A stretch of 64,000 nucleotides of DNA from positions 2,741,171 to 2,805,170 of the forward strand of contig NZ_OZ243102.1 in the NCBI RefSeq assembly GCF_965212185.1, read 5' to 3'. The notes below the pieces were generated by a model. That model ran no database searches and was not told the DNA's origin. It saw nothing but the letters and a program-made list of their open reading frames with translations. Origin of the DNA: Ekhidna sp. (lineage in GTDB: Bacteria; Bacteroidota; Bacteroidia; Cytophagales; Cyclobacteriaceae). Within the stretch, counting starts at the first letter, position 1, and the number at the start of each line of letters is the position of its first letter. Made by a program: the position numbers and the translations under genes. Below are positions 9,282 through 19,766 of this stretch, in pieces.

Positions 9282-10668
9282 TGTCCTCGCTTTTTAGGTT
9301 GAACTTATTTTTCATGTATTCAGCGATCTTTGGCACTTCCCGATCGATATCACCGGCACCAAGAGTCACTACTATGTCCAGATTTCGATTTTCGAGTTCA
9401 TCAATTAAATGCTCTTTCGAAACCATTACTTTCTTCTCATTCTCCATTAGATCAAAAATGGACTTTGACGACACTCCTTCAATGGGTTCCTCTCTAGCCG
9501 GATAGATATCCAAAAGGATTACTTCGTCTGCCTTATCCAATGCTTCTGCAAATCCCTTCTTAAAATCATTGGTGCGAGAATAAAGATGCGGCTGAAAAAT
9601 CGCTGTGATCTTTCGTTTTCCTGCAAGGGACCTAACTGATTTTAAAAATGCATTGATCTCTTCAGGATGATGCGCATAATCGTCAATCAATGTGGCCTGA
9701 GGACTTCTGAAGACATACTCAAACCTTCTCTTAACACCTTTATACGATCTCATTATCTTTCTTATCTCGCGCCCTTCCATTCCCATATCTACCGCAACTG
9801 TAATTGCCGCAAGTGCATTTTCTACGTTATGGTAACCAGGGAACTCAAGATGAACATCTGAGATTTTTTCCATACCGTATCGGTAGGTAAATACAAATGC
9901 ACCATTAACAATTCGCAGAGCGTCAGCAATAGCGTCACCATTTCGAATTGCATAAGAGATGTATTTATTACCCGGATTGATTTTGAATCCTGCTTCAGAA
10001 TGCATCAATACTTTGCCGTCCTTAGGTGTTTTCTTTACGAACTCTTCATACGTATCCAACATGGCCGTCTCGTCTCCATAAATATCCAAATGATCAGGAT
10101 CCAATGAAGTGATGATGGTATAGTTCGGATTTAACTTCATGAAGGATCGATCATATTCGTCTGCTTCCACAACGACTGGCGCATTTTCATCTCCAATGAT
10201 GAGGTTGGAGCCTGTATTGGCCATAATCCCTCCAACAAATGCAGAACACCCTTTTCTTGAGTGACTCAAAAGGTGAGCAATCATGGAAGTGGTTGTTGTC
10301 TTTCCGTGAGTACCGGCCACAGCAATCGTAAAATGGTTCTCAGTGATCATACCCAGTACTTCAGACCGCTTCATTACAGTAAAGCCATTATCGTTGAAGT
10401 AGTTAAACTCCAGATGATCTTTTGGAATAGCTGGTGTATAGACAATTAGTGTTCCATCTCTCTCAAGAAATTTATCCTCAATCAAATCCAGCTGATCTTC
10501 ATAATGAACGTTAATTCCCTCTTCGATGAGCTGTTTGGTTAAATCTGATTCTGTTTTATCATAGCCTGCGACAGTTTTACCTTTCGCATGAAACCAACGA
10601 GCCAATGCACTCATTCCGATACCACCGATACCAATAAAATAGGCGTTATTTACTTCGATGAGTTTCAT
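9274..10668 (-). CDS. murC: UDP-N-acetylmuramate--L-alanine ligase MurC.
   Basis: FIGIGGIGMSALA and GTHGKTTTTSM Mur ligase motifs. Confidence 0.95.
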   Translation of the reverse strand: MKLIEVNNAYFIGIGGIGMSALARWFHAKGKTVAGYDKTESDLTKQLIEEGINVHYEDQLDLIEDKFLERDGTLIVYTPAIPKDHLEFNYFNDNGFTVMKRSEVLGMITENHFTIAVAGTHGKTTTTSMIAHLLSHSRKGCSAFVGGIMANTGSNLIIGDENAPVVVEADEYDRSFMKLNPNYTIITSLDPDHLDIYGDETAMLDTYEEFVKKTPKDGKVLMHSEAGFKINPGNKYISYAIRNGDAIADALRIVNGAFVFTYRYGMEKISDVHLEFPGYHNVENALAAITVAVDMGMEGREIRKIMRSYKGVKRRFEYVFRSPQATLIDDYAHHPEEINAFLKSVRSLAGKRKITAIFQPHLYSRTNDFKKGFAEALDKADEVILLDIYPAREEPIEGVSSKSIFDLMENEKKVMVSKEHLIDELENRNLDIVVTLGAGDIDREVPKIAEYMKNKFNLKSEDNE

Positions 10669-10735
10669 TGAATCAGACGCATTTTTAGTTGAAATAGAAC
10701 TTCAAATGCAGCTAACAGCTGTCTAATTATACTGC

Positions 10736-10764
10736 ACTGTCGACAGTCGACAGTCGACAGCCTC
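10736..10764. repeat. Three tandem GTCGACA heptads (CTGTCGACAGTCGACAGTCGACAGCC) in the murC-murG spacer.
   Basis: Seen directly; same family as 7052, 16055 and 19689. Confidence 0.6.
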
Positions 10765-10816
10765 AGGGAAGTAAATAGAGATAAATTGATTGGTCGATAT
10801 ATGGATCCTATATTCT

Positions 10817-11899
10817 TCATTTCTCCACCAATTTCACCACTTCGTTTGCTATATCAATGGCAGCATTTTCATGAGCCATAGCACTTATATTTTTTGACAG
10901 TTTTTGCTGTCGATCTTTATCTTTCAATAGCGCAATCGCCTCATCGATTAACTTATTCATCGCTTCTTTATCATCCACCATTTCAGCGGCTTCATGTGCT
11001 ACTAAAGCCTTTGCATTTATGGTTTGATGGTCCTCTGCAACATTGGGTGAAGGGACTAAAATCGAAGGTTTACCAGTCAGCATCAGCTCTGCAATCGAAA
11101 GTGCTCCTGCTCTCGATACCACTACATCTGCACATGCATATGCAAAGTCTATTTGAAAAATGAAGTCCTTAAGAACCACTTTGCTATCCAAGTCACCAGC
11201 GCGTTTTTCCATTTCCTCATGATAAAACCCACCACATTGCCAGATCAACTGAATGTCTTCATTTTTTAATTTTCCCAAACCCGCAAGGGCGCTTTCATTC
11301 AATGTTCTCGCTCCTAAGCTTCCTCCAATAATTAGGAGAGTTGGCTTGAATTCTTCTAAATCAAAATGCTTAAATGCTTCCGTTTTCCTATTTGGATTTA
11401 ATTTGATCGTTTTCCTTACCGGATTACCTGTTACAACCAGTTTCTCTGCCGGGAAATATTTTTCCATACCATCATGGGCCACACAGATCGTTCGTGCCGA
11501 TTTGGCTAACCACTTGTTTGTTAGGCCTGCATATGAATTTTGTTCCTGAATCAAAGTAGGAATACCTTTTTTTCCAGCCACATATAAGAGCGGTCCGCTT
11601 GCATATCCACCAACTCCTACCACCACATCGGGATTAAATTTTTTAATCAGTCTGGATGCTTGTTTTAGGCTAGATAGTAACTTAAAAGGAAACATGAGGT
11701 TATCAGCCGAAAGTTTTCGTTGGATACCACTGATCCATAATCCTTCAATCTCAAAACCTGCTTCAGGAACCTTTTTCATCTCCATCTTTCCCTTTGCTCC
11801 TACGAACAAGATTTCTACAGATTGAAGCATATCCTTCAAAGCTTGGGCAATGGAAATAGCTGGATAGATGTGGCCGCCTGTGCCACCACCACTAATCAT
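10817..11899 (-). CDS. murG: Undecaprenyldiphospho-muramoylpentapeptide beta-N-acetylglucosaminyltransferase MurG.
   Basis: N-terminus MISGGGTGGHIYPAISIA; GT28 architecture. Confidence 0.95.
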   Translation of the reverse strand: MISGGGTGGHIYPAISIAQALKDMLQSVEILFVGAKGKMEMKKVPEAGFEIEGLWISGIQRKLSADNLMFPFKLLSSLKQASRLIKKFNPDVVVGVGGYASGPLLYVAGKKGIPTLIQEQNSYAGLTNKWLAKSARTICVAHDGMEKYFPAEKLVVTGNPVRKTIKLNPNRKTEAFKHFDLEEFKPTLLIIGGSLGARTLNESALAGLGKLKNEDIQLIWQCGGFYHEEMEKRAGDLDSKVVLKDFIFQIDFAYACADVVVSRAGALSIAELMLTGKPSILVPSPNVAEDHQTINAKALVAHEAAEMVDDKEAMNKLIDEAIALLKDKDRQQKLSKNISAMAHENAAIDIANEVVKLVEK

Positions 11900-11925
11900 A
11901 ATGCGATATGTTCTTTCCTGCTCGA

Positions 11926-13077
11926 TTACGCTGCTTCTTTATATTGATTCCCTATCGTACCTCCGAAATTGTCTATCTCACCTCGGCTCACGCTTAATAT
12001 GATGCCTAGTGCCACTCCTGCAAATAGCTGTGAGGTTCCTCCCATACTTATGAAGGGTAATGTCAGTCCTGTAACTGGTCCCAAGCCAACAGCAACACCC
12101 ATATTAACCAGTGCTTGTATCACAAGTGCAAAACTCAGTCCGGCTGAAAGCAATCCACCATAAGCTCGATCATTTTGTTCTGCGGCTTTCATCCCTCTAT
12201 ACAATAATGCCAGGTAAAGGAAAAGAATTGTGACTCCTCCAATAAGCCCGTACTCTTCTAAAATGATTGCATAAATGAAATCTGAATATGGATGAGGTAA
12301 AAAATTTCTTTGATCACTTTGCCCGGGACCTTTCCCAATCACCCCCCCTGAGGCAATAGCAATATAAGCCTGCTTCGCCTGGTAAGGAGTTTCGTTATTG
12401 ATAAAGTCTTCAACTCTGGAGATTGCAGTTCCTCCTCTTTGTCCAACCATAAATGCAACCGATCCAAATGCTGAGCAGATCACCACGAGCATTGCTAAGT
12501 ACTTTACCGGAACTCTACCAATGAATAATACCAACATGCAAGTAAGGAAAAGCAGTATTGCTGATGAGAAGTTTGTTAGAGCAATCAATCCGCAGATTAA
12601 ACCAATCCAGAAAAGCATTGGAACAATCGCTTTTTGAAAATCATCAATGGATTGCTGACGCTTTGACAACATACTGGCTAGAGTAACCAATAAAGCTAGC
12701 TTAGCTAAATCTGATGGCTGAAATGCTTGATTGATGACAGGAATGGTCAACCAACGCGATGCTTCATTGATATTTGTACCAAATATCCATGTGAACAAAA
12801 GAAGAGGCACACTTAACCATAGGACTAAACGAGAAATCTTTGAATAGTATCGATAATCAATGCGGTGAGCTAACCATATGGCTATCAAACTAACCACTAC
12901 CAATACTGAATGCTTGACCAAGTAGTATTCAGTATTTCCATCCATCATTTTATAAGCCAGACTACCAGTGGCACTATAAACAACCAAAATACTGAATAGA
13001 GAAAGGATCAGAACGATGAACCAAATCACCGGGTCACCTTTCAGGTTTCGATATGCCCAATTTTTTATCTCGTTCAT
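11926..13077 (-). CDS. ftsW: Peptidoglycan glycosyltransferase FtsW (SEDS family).
   Basis: Multi-TM protein; SEDS C-terminal motif GLTLPFISMGGTS; position in the dcw cluster. Confidence 0.9.
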   Translation of the reverse strand: MNEIKNWAYRNLKGDPVIWFIVLILSLFSILVVYSATGSLAYKMMDGNTEYYLVKHSVLVVVSLIAIWLAHRIDYRYYSKISRLVLWLSVPLLLFTWIFGTNINEASRWLTIPVINQAFQPSDLAKLALLVTLASMLSKRQQSIDDFQKAIVPMLFWIGLICGLIALTNFSSAILLFLTCMLVLFIGRVPVKYLAMLVVICSAFGSVAFMVGQRGGTAISRVEDFINNETPYQAKQAYIAIASGGVIGKGPGQSDQRNFLPHPYSDFIYAIILEEYGLIGGVTILFLYLALLYRGMKAAEQNDRAYGGLLSAGLSFALVIQALVNMGVAVGLGPVTGLTLPFISMGGTSQLFAGVALGIILSVSRGEIDNFGGTIGNQYKEAA

Positions 13078-14453
13078 GCCTCTTTTGTTTTTAATGCCTT
13101 AGCGAGCTTATTTATTGCACGCTTAAATTTATCTCCACGATCCTCGTAATTATTAAATAGGTCAAAGCTGGCACACGCAGGAGAAAGCAAAACCACATCC
13201 CCTTCTTCGGCCCATTCATGTGCTTGCTTGATAGCTTCCTTAACAGATCCAACTTCTGCTATCATATTCAGTTTTGAACCAAAAAAATCAGTCAACCCGC
13301 TGTTATCCTTGCCCATACAAATGAGTCCCTTCACTTTATTCTTAACCAGTTTCTCTATCTGCGAATAATCGTTTCCTTTATCTACGCCTCCGGCTATCCA
13401 GATAATATTTCCTTTCACACCATCCAGGGCATAGTAGACAGAATCCACGTTGGTTGCCTTGGAATCATTGATGAATGCAGTTCCATCAATCTCTGTAACA
13501 AATTCGAGTCGATGGGGTGCGTTTTTAAAGTTCTTAAGCCCTTTCATCACACTTTCCATTGGAACATCCATGCAAAGCGAGCTCAAAACAGCCGCCATGC
13601 TGTTTACCATGTTATGCTTACCAATAAGTGAGATCTCTGAAACCGGAATTTGAAATTCTTCTGAGGCCTCTTTGTACTGGAAATTAAAAATCAGATGATC
13701 TTCTTCCAGATAAGCACTGAGTTTATTGTTATTTGAAGCAGTCATTGCAAACATGCTAGCTTCAATTTTTCTTCTGCTTATTTCTTCGGTGACAGGTTGC
13801 GAATCAGCACAGTAAACAAAAGCTTGCTCATTCGTTAGATTCTCAATGATTCGGAATTTTGAAGTGACGTACTTACTAAAATTGTACTCGTATCGATCCA
13901 GGTGATCTGGAGTAATATTCAGCAATACAGCAACATCAGGACGGAAATTTTGAATGCCATCCAATTGGAAACTGCTCACTTCCACTACATAATAGTGATA
14001 GCCTCCTTTCGCTACCAACCCTGCTAAACTTTTGCCCACATTGCCACCTAATGCTACCTTATATCCTGCCGTTTTTAACAGATGATAAGTCAGCATCGCT
14101 GTGGTCGTTTTGCCATTGGTTCCAGTAATCGCGATGACTTTAGCCTTTTCAATAAATCTGTATGCAAACTCTATTTCAGAAATGACTGAAATACCTTTAG
14201 TGACTATTTTTTTGACCAATGGTGCAGAGTCAGGAATACCAGGACTCTTTACAACAATAGAAGCATTCAAAATCAATTCTTCTGAATGTCCTCCTTCTTC
14301 AAAATCAATCTTCTGACCTTTGAGCGTTCTTCTGCGCTCAGCAGCCAGGTTTCCTCCATCAGAAAGGAATACTTCATAGCCCTTTTGACAAGCAAGTATA
14401 GCAGCGCCAACGCCACTTTCTCCACCGCCCAATATGACTATGCGTTCTTTCAT
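13074..14453 (-). CDS. murD: UDP-N-acetylmuramoylalanine--D-glutamate ligase MurD.
   Basis: MKERIVILGGGESGVGAAIL and ITGTNGKTTTA motifs. Confidence 0.95.
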   Translation of the reverse strand: MKERIVILGGGESGVGAAILACQKGYEVFLSDGGNLAAERRRTLKGQKIDFEEGGHSEELILNASIVVKSPGIPDSAPLVKKIVTKGISVISEIEFAYRFIEKAKVIAITGTNGKTTTAMLTYHLLKTAGYKVALGGNVGKSLAGLVAKGGYHYYVVEVSSFQLDGIQNFRPDVAVLLNITPDHLDRYEYNFSKYVTSKFRIIENLTNEQAFVYCADSQPVTEEISRRKIEASMFAMTASNNNKLSAYLEEDHLIFNFQYKEASEEFQIPVSEISLIGKHNMVNSMAAVLSSLCMDVPMESVMKGLKNFKNAPHRLEFVTEIDGTAFINDSKATNVDSVYYALDGVKGNIIWIAGGVDKGNDYSQIEKLVKNKVKGLICMGKDNSGLTDFFGSKLNMIAEVGSVKEAIKQAHEWAEEGDVVLLSPACASFDLFNNYEDRGDKFKRAINKLAKALKTKEA

Positions 14454-14821
14454 TATTCTTCGTCTTTTACTTTTTTGTCAATTATTGCATCGAAACACTT
14501 AGAGTAAATAGACATTAGGTCATATCCATCCTTTAAGAAATCATTGATTAGGCTGATTTTTTGCTTCTTATTAGCCATTTCAAGCTGATCTAAAATGAAG
14601 AGTACCTCATCGGTTTCATCTTCCAATCGTCCCAAAATCTGATTAAATACCATTTCTGAAGGAGCTTTTAGCAGCTTAAGAAATAAATCATCAATCTTTC
14701 GGGCACATCTGATAAGCATTGATGTGGCTTGCACTAAGGTCCCAGATGGGATCAACTCAGAAAGCTGCACGGAGCTCTTCTGGAATTTTTCGTTTAGTTC
14801 ATGAATTTGCGTTACTGTCAT
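14453..14821 (-). CDS. Hypothetical 122-aa all-helical protein inserted between mraY and murD, translationally coupled to both.
   Basis: ORF track. Its start overlaps the mraY stop and its stop overlaps the murD start. No TM segment and no recognisable motif. Confidence 0.55.
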   Translation of the reverse strand: MTVTQIHELNEKFQKSSVQLSELIPSGTLVQATSMLIRCARKIDDLFLKLLKAPSEMVFNQILGRLEDETDEVLFILDQLEMANKKQKISLINDFLKDGYDLMSIYSKCFDAIIDKKVKDEE

Positions 14822-15996
14822 TATCTGATTTTTAGAGTTGCTAGTGTGAAAATGGCTAAGAGAATTCCCACAGTCCAGAATCGCGCGACGATCTTGGCCT
14901 CATGAAGTCCCTTCTTTTGATAATGGTGATGGAGTGGTGACATCAAAAAGATGCGCCTTCCTTCACCATATTTCTTTTTGGTATACTTGAAATAAGACAC
15001 CTGTATGATCACCGATAAATTCTCGATAACCAGAATCCCGCATAATATCGGAATCAATAATTCTTTTCTAATAACCAATGCTAAAACCGCGATGATCCCA
15101 CCCAGTGAAAGGCTGCCGGTATCTCCCATGAAAACCTGCGCCGGGAACGCATTGTACCAAAGGAAACCGATGCATGCACCTACAAAGGCGGTACAGAAAA
15201 TCACCAGTTCTCCAGAGTTTGGTATGAACATGATGTTGAGATAGTCAGCGAAAATTGCATTACCTGATAGGTAGGCTAGAACTGCTAATGTCAAACCAAT
15301 GATCGCACACGTTCCGGCTGCTAAGCCATCTAACCCATCGGTAATATTTGCTCCGTTTGAAACTGCGGTGACGATAAATATTACCACCAGCACATATAAT
15401 ACCCATGAATATTCAGATAGAAATTCTGGCATTAACCAGTCATAATTAAACTCATTGTTTGCTACGAATGGTATCGTGGTTAGTAGCGTGTTTTCATCCT
15501 TAAAGGCTTCTCCCGAAAAATCCCTGACTACAATGTCATCATTGTAAACCATCACAAGGCCAACGATAAGTCCTAGCCCTATTTGACCCACAACCTTGAA
15601 CTTTCCTCTAAGTCCTTCTTTGTTCTTCTTTTTTACTTTGAGATAGTCATCTAAAAAGCCAATAGAGCCCATCCACAGAGCAGAGATGATCAATAGAATA
15701 ATATAAATGTTGTCCAGATTAGCAAAGAGCAGTGTTGGGATAACAATGGCTGAAATAATGATAATTCCTCCCATTGTAGGTGTTCCCTTTTTCTCCATCT
15801 GACCATCAAGACCAAGGTCTCTAATTGATTCGCCCAGCTGATATCTTCTAAGCATTTCGATGAGATACTTGCCGAAGGTTATGGTGATTAATAGGGATAG
15901 CAATGCTGCCATGCCCGCTCGGAACGAGATGTACTGAAACAATCCCGCTCCCGGGAAGTCTATTTGATTGAGATATTCGAAGAGATAGTTTAACAT
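14821..15996 (-). CDS. mraY: Phospho-N-acetylmuramoyl-pentapeptide transferase MraY.
   Basis: 10-TM protein with MraY/WecA motifs (DDxxK-like [15 protein letters not shown]; HHH near C-terminus). Confidence 0.95.
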   Translation of the reverse strand: MLNYLFEYLNQIDFPGAGLFQYISFRAGMAALLSLLITITFGKYLIEMLRRYQLGESIRDLGLDGQMEKKGTPTMGGIIIISAIVIPTLLFANLDNIYIILLIISALWMGSIGFLDDYLKVKKKNKEGLRGKFKVVGQIGLGLIVGLVMVYNDDIVVRDFSGEAFKDENTLLTTIPFVANNEFNYDWLMPEFLSEYSWVLYVLVVIFIVTAVSNGANITDGLDGLAAGTCAIIGLTLAVLAYLSGNAIFADYLNIMFIPNSGELVIFCTAFVGACIGFLWYNAFPAQVFMGDTGSLSLGGIIAVLALVIRKELLIPILCGILVIENLSVIIQVSYFKYTKKKYGEGRRIFLMSPLHHHYQKKGLHEAKIVARFWTVGILLAIFTLATLKIR

Positions 15997-16054
15997 TACT
16001 CTTGCAATATTTTATCATCCAAACAAATCCGCAATCGCATATAAATCGAATAAA

Positions 16055-16080
16055 CAGTCGACAGTTGACAGTCGACAGTT
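16055..16080. repeat. Heptad repeat CAGTCGACAGTTGACAGTCGACAGTT in the mraY-murE spacer.
   Basis: Seen directly; same family as 7052, 10736 and 19689. Confidence 0.6.
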
Positions 16081-16126
16081 ATAAGATTTATACCTTTGCC
16101 TTCGATATTTAGCTTAAATCCATTCA

Positions 16127-17578
16127 TCAATTCAATAGCTCTTTTAAAACCTCCTTGTCATCAAAGTGATGTCTCACACCATTTATCTCCTGATAGGTTT
16201 CATGGCCTTTTCCTGCTACCAAAATGATATCCTCATCATTGGCCAGATTACAGGCTGTCCGTATCGCTTCCTTTCGATCTTCAATAACCATCACATTCCT
16301 TTCCTTTGATTTTGGAATTCCCGTTCGCATATCTTCCAAAATCTGTTTCGGATCTTCTGTTCTGGGATTATCAGATGTCAAAATGATTTTATCACTAAAC
16401 TGTGCAGCTATACCTGCCATTTTTGGACGCTTGGTCTTATCTCTATCTCCACCACAGCCGACCACAGTTACCAGTAATTCGTTCTTTGTTCTTAATTTAT
16501 CAATCGTTTGCAAAACATTCTCCAATGCATCCGGCGTATGTGCATAATCCACAATTGCCATTACATTGGTCGTGTTTTCCACCTTTTCAAATCGACCACT
16601 TGCACCAGTGGTCGTTGACAAACCACTCAATACCTCTTCTTTCTCTTCCTCGAGCAATAGCGCAACAGCATATGCAGTAAGGAGATTATAAGCATTGAAT
16701 TCTCCGATGAGCTTGAACCACACATCTACCCCATCAAAATTTAGCTCTAAGCCCTGCAGTGTATCATGAATGATCCTGACTTTAAAATCAGCCATGGACC
16801 GGATAGCCATTCTGTTCCTTTCAGCTTTGGTATTTTGAAGCATCACCATTCCTCTCTTGTCATCTACATTGACTAAAGCGAATGCATCTGATGAAAGACC
16901 ATCGAACAGAAGCTTTTTTGCTGCGATGTACTCGTCAAAAGTTTTGTGATAATCCAGGTGATCATGGGAAATATTGGTAAATACTCCTCCTGAGAAATGT
17001 ATACCTGCAACTCGATTTTGAACCAGGGCATGGGAGCTTACCTCCATGAATGCGTGCGTACAACCACCTTCAACCATTTCGGCCAAAAGTTGGTTAAGCT
17101 GTACTGCATCCGGAGTAGTAAAGCTGGCATTTAAGATCTTATGGTTAATCTTGTTCTCTACGGTTGAAAGTAAGCCCACCGAATAGCCCAGGTTTTGAAA
17201 AAGCTCAAACAGCAACGTTGCACAAGTGGTCTTACCGTTAGTGCCGGTGATGCCTACAAGCTTTAATTTCTCTGATGGTCGTCCATGAAAATTTGATGCA
17301 ATGATACCAAGTGCCTCCGCTGAATTGTCTGTTTGAACAATCGTAACACCTTTATCTAAATCAGAAAGAATTTGCTCACATACAATAACTTTCGCTCCTT
17401 TCTCGATTGCGGTATCGATGAAATCATGCCCATCCACAGTCAGTCCCTTCACCGCCACAAACAGGAATCCTTTCTCAACTTTTCGTGAATCAAAAGTCAC
17501 ACCTGCTACTTCTTCATCACGATTTCCAGTGATGGACTTTAGCGAAACGCCAAACAATATGTCTTTCAGCGTTTGCAT
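16127..17578 (-). CDS. murE: UDP-N-acetylmuramoyl-L-alanyl-D-glutamate--2,6-diaminopimelate ligase MurE.
   Basis: GITGTNGKTT motif and the DNPRTED motif typical of MurE. Confidence 0.95.
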   Translation of the reverse strand: MQTLKDILFGVSLKSITGNRDEEVAGVTFDSRKVEKGFLFVAVKGLTVDGHDFIDTAIEKGAKVIVCEQILSDLDKGVTIVQTDNSAEALGIIASNFHGRPSEKLKLVGITGTNGKTTCATLLFELFQNLGYSVGLLSTVENKINHKILNASFTTPDAVQLNQLLAEMVEGGCTHAFMEVSSHALVQNRVAGIHFSGGVFTNISHDHLDYHKTFDEYIAAKKLLFDGLSSDAFALVNVDDKRGMVMLQNTKAERNRMAIRSMADFKVRIIHDTLQGLELNFDGVDVWFKLIGEFNAYNLLTAYAVALLLEEEKEEVLSGLSTTTGASGRFEKVENTTNVMAIVDYAHTPDALENVLQTIDKLRTKNELLVTVVGCGGDRDKTKRPKMAGIAAQFSDKIILTSDNPRTEDPKQILEDMRTGIPKSKERNVMVIEDRKEAIRTACNLANDEDIILVAGKGHETYQEINGVRHHFDDKEVLKELLN

Positions 17579-19677
17579 CAGCTTAATTGAAGTTTAATGG
17601 TTGAACCTTTTGATAGTCTTCCTCCCGGAGACATGGATTGGGTGGCCACTCGTCCTCTACCTTTTACTTGTACTTCTAACCCTAAATTTTCTAGCACGTA
17701 GATCGCATCACGTAATGTCATTCCACGAACATCCGGCACCACCTCATATTTCACTTTATTTCCTTTCCAATAAACAGCATCGTTTATGACATTTGTTTTC
17801 ACCCATTCTGATTCAGTTTCAGAATGATTGGATATTCCAAACTCGTTGCAAATCATTGTCAACTCATCACGCTTGCCCGCTTTGATGTATGGAAAGACCC
17901 CTGTGATGTAAGAGCGCTCCTGTGTTCCAACTTCATGCATATCAAGCTCTAATGAATAGATCTTATCGGCTATTTCTTTAAAGACCGGAGCAGATACATC
18001 GCTACCGTAGATTTGATACCCTTTTGGATTATCAATAACTACAATACAGCTGTATCTAGGAGCTTCCGCTGGGAAATATCCAGCAAATGATGTGTAGTAT
18101 TCTTTAACGTAACGACCGTTTTTTACCTTTTTAGCCGTACCTGTTTTACCAGCAATTTTGTAGTGACTGTAATTAATGTTTTGAGCGGTACCACGCTCTA
18201 CAACACCTTCCATCATCAACTTAACCTTTCTTAAAGTCTCCTTTGAAGCGATTCGATCATTGATGATTTCCGTATCAAACTCATCAACCATTCGATCCGC
18301 TTTCATGACACCTTTGACAATCATGGGTTTCACCATTTTGCCATCGTTTGCTACCGCATTGTAAAGCGTCAACATTTGCAGTGGCGTCATCTTTAGCTCA
18401 TAGCCATGAGACATCCAAGGCAAACTCACTCCACTCCAGGTACTATCTGATGGATCTTTAATGTAGGGTTTACCCTCACCAACCATTTGAAAATCGAGTG
18501 GTTCATGAAGGTTCATGTGCTTTAAGTAATCAATAAATTTCTCTGGATTGTTGCCGAAATAATGAGAGATCAACTTTGCCACACCAATGTTTGAAGATTT
18601 CTCAAAAACCTCCTGAATAGTCAGCTTACCAAAACCATCAGGCTTATGATCACGCATGGTTTTGTCAAAAAACTCAAGCTTGCCATCACCGGTATCAATC
18701 GAATCATTGAGCTTAATATCAGTTTCCTCCAGCAAAGCAATCATACTTGCCAACTTGAAGGTAGAGCCCGGCTCCCTTGAACCCTGACTGCCCACTGCAT
18801 AATTGTATCTTTCATAGTAATCGCCATCACTGTTTCTGCTGAGATTGGAAATGGCTTTGATCTCCCCGGTCTGAACCTCCATTACTACTGCTACTCCATA
18901 ATCTGCATCATGCTTTTGTAGTTCGTTTAATAAAGCTGACTCAGTTACATCTTGAAGATCTACATTAATGGTTGTCTGGATATCATAACCATCGACTGGG
19001 CGTCTTTCAGTGCCATCATAAATGGGTCTCCAGCCACCACCAGCCATTTTTTGATAAAGTCCTTTCCCGCTAACTCCAGCAAGTTGTTTATTGAAACTAT
19101 ACTCCAGTCCCACAGTCCCACGATCATTGGCATTGACACTGCCGATCGTGCGTATACCTAAATGGGAGAAAGGCAGAAAGCGTTTTTCTACCTTTTCAAA
19201 AATGACTCCTCCTTTTAGCCTACCCTCTTTAAAAAGCGGCCAGTTCTCCATATTCTTTTTATCCTGGTAGCCGATCTCCTTGCGATTAAGAGTCAGGTAG
19301 CGCCGACCCTTCTTTCGAGCATTATCGATCTTCCGTTTGTATTGGGTAGGAGTTAAATCTCCATAATACCTGGAAAGCAGATAACACAGAGAATCAATGT
19401 TGTTTTTATAAAGGCCATTTGATGGTAAATACGGATCCAGCGCCAATCGATAGAATGGAAGTGACGTAGCTAGCAAACTACCATCATCAGCATAGATGTT
19501 GCCACGAGTTGCTTTTACGTTCATCACCTGAAGACCCAGCGTCTCACCCATGCTTCTCCACTTGTCGCCTTCTACGTATTGAACTTTAGCAATACGAAAA
19601 ATCACCGCTCCTGCTACCAGAAAGGTTAGCAAAAAGGCGATACGCACACGTAATACTATGTCTCTTTTGATGCTCAT
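17578..19677 (-). CDS. ftsI: Penicillin-binding protein 3 / FtsI transpeptidase with a C-terminal PASTA domain.
   Basis: N-terminal TM; STFK, SNIG and KTGTA active-site motifs; C-terminal PASTA-like YEVVPDVRGMTLRDAIYVLENLGLEV. Confidence 0.9.
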   Translation of the reverse strand: MSIKRDIVLRVRIAFLLTFLVAGAVIFRIAKVQYVEGDKWRSMGETLGLQVMNVKATRGNIYADDGSLLATSLPFYRLALDPYLPSNGLYKNNIDSLCYLLSRYYGDLTPTQYKRKIDNARKKGRRYLTLNRKEIGYQDKKNMENWPLFKEGRLKGGVIFEKVEKRFLPFSHLGIRTIGSVNANDRGTVGLEYSFNKQLAGVSGKGLYQKMAGGGWRPIYDGTERRPVDGYDIQTTINVDLQDVTESALLNELQKHDADYGVAVVMEVQTGEIKAISNLSRNSDGDYYERYNYAVGSQGSREPGSTFKLASMIALLEETDIKLNDSIDTGDGKLEFFDKTMRDHKPDGFGKLTIQEVFEKSSNIGVAKLISHYFGNNPEKFIDYLKHMNLHEPLDFQMVGEGKPYIKDPSDSTWSGVSLPWMSHGYELKMTPLQMLTLYNAVANDGKMVKPMIVKGVMKADRMVDEFDTEIINDRIASKETLRKVKLMMEGVVERGTAQNINYSHYKIAGKTGTAKKVKNGRYVKEYYTSFAGYFPAEAPRYSCIVVIDNPKGYQIYGSDVSAPVFKEIADKIYSLELDMHEVGTQERSYITGVFPYIKAGKRDELTMICNEFGISNHSETESEWVKTNVINDAVYWKGNKVKYEVVPDVRGMTLRDAIYVLENLGLEVQVKGRGRVATQSMSPGGRLSKGSTIKLQLS

Positions 19678-19688
19678 TTTTTCAAGTC

Positions 19689-19737
19689 AACAGTCGAAAG
19701 TTTTCAGTCGACTGCCAAGCTGTGGACTGTCGACTAA
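19689..19737. repeat. Dispersed CAGTCGA/GTCGAC repeats (CAGTCGAAAGTTTTCAGTCGACTGCCAAGCTGTGGACTGTCGAC) in the ftsI-ftsL spacer.
   Basis: Seen directly; same family as 7052, 10736 and 16055. Confidence 0.5.
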
Positions 19738-19766
19738 TAAGTATTTTGATATTTTTTGCACCGCTA

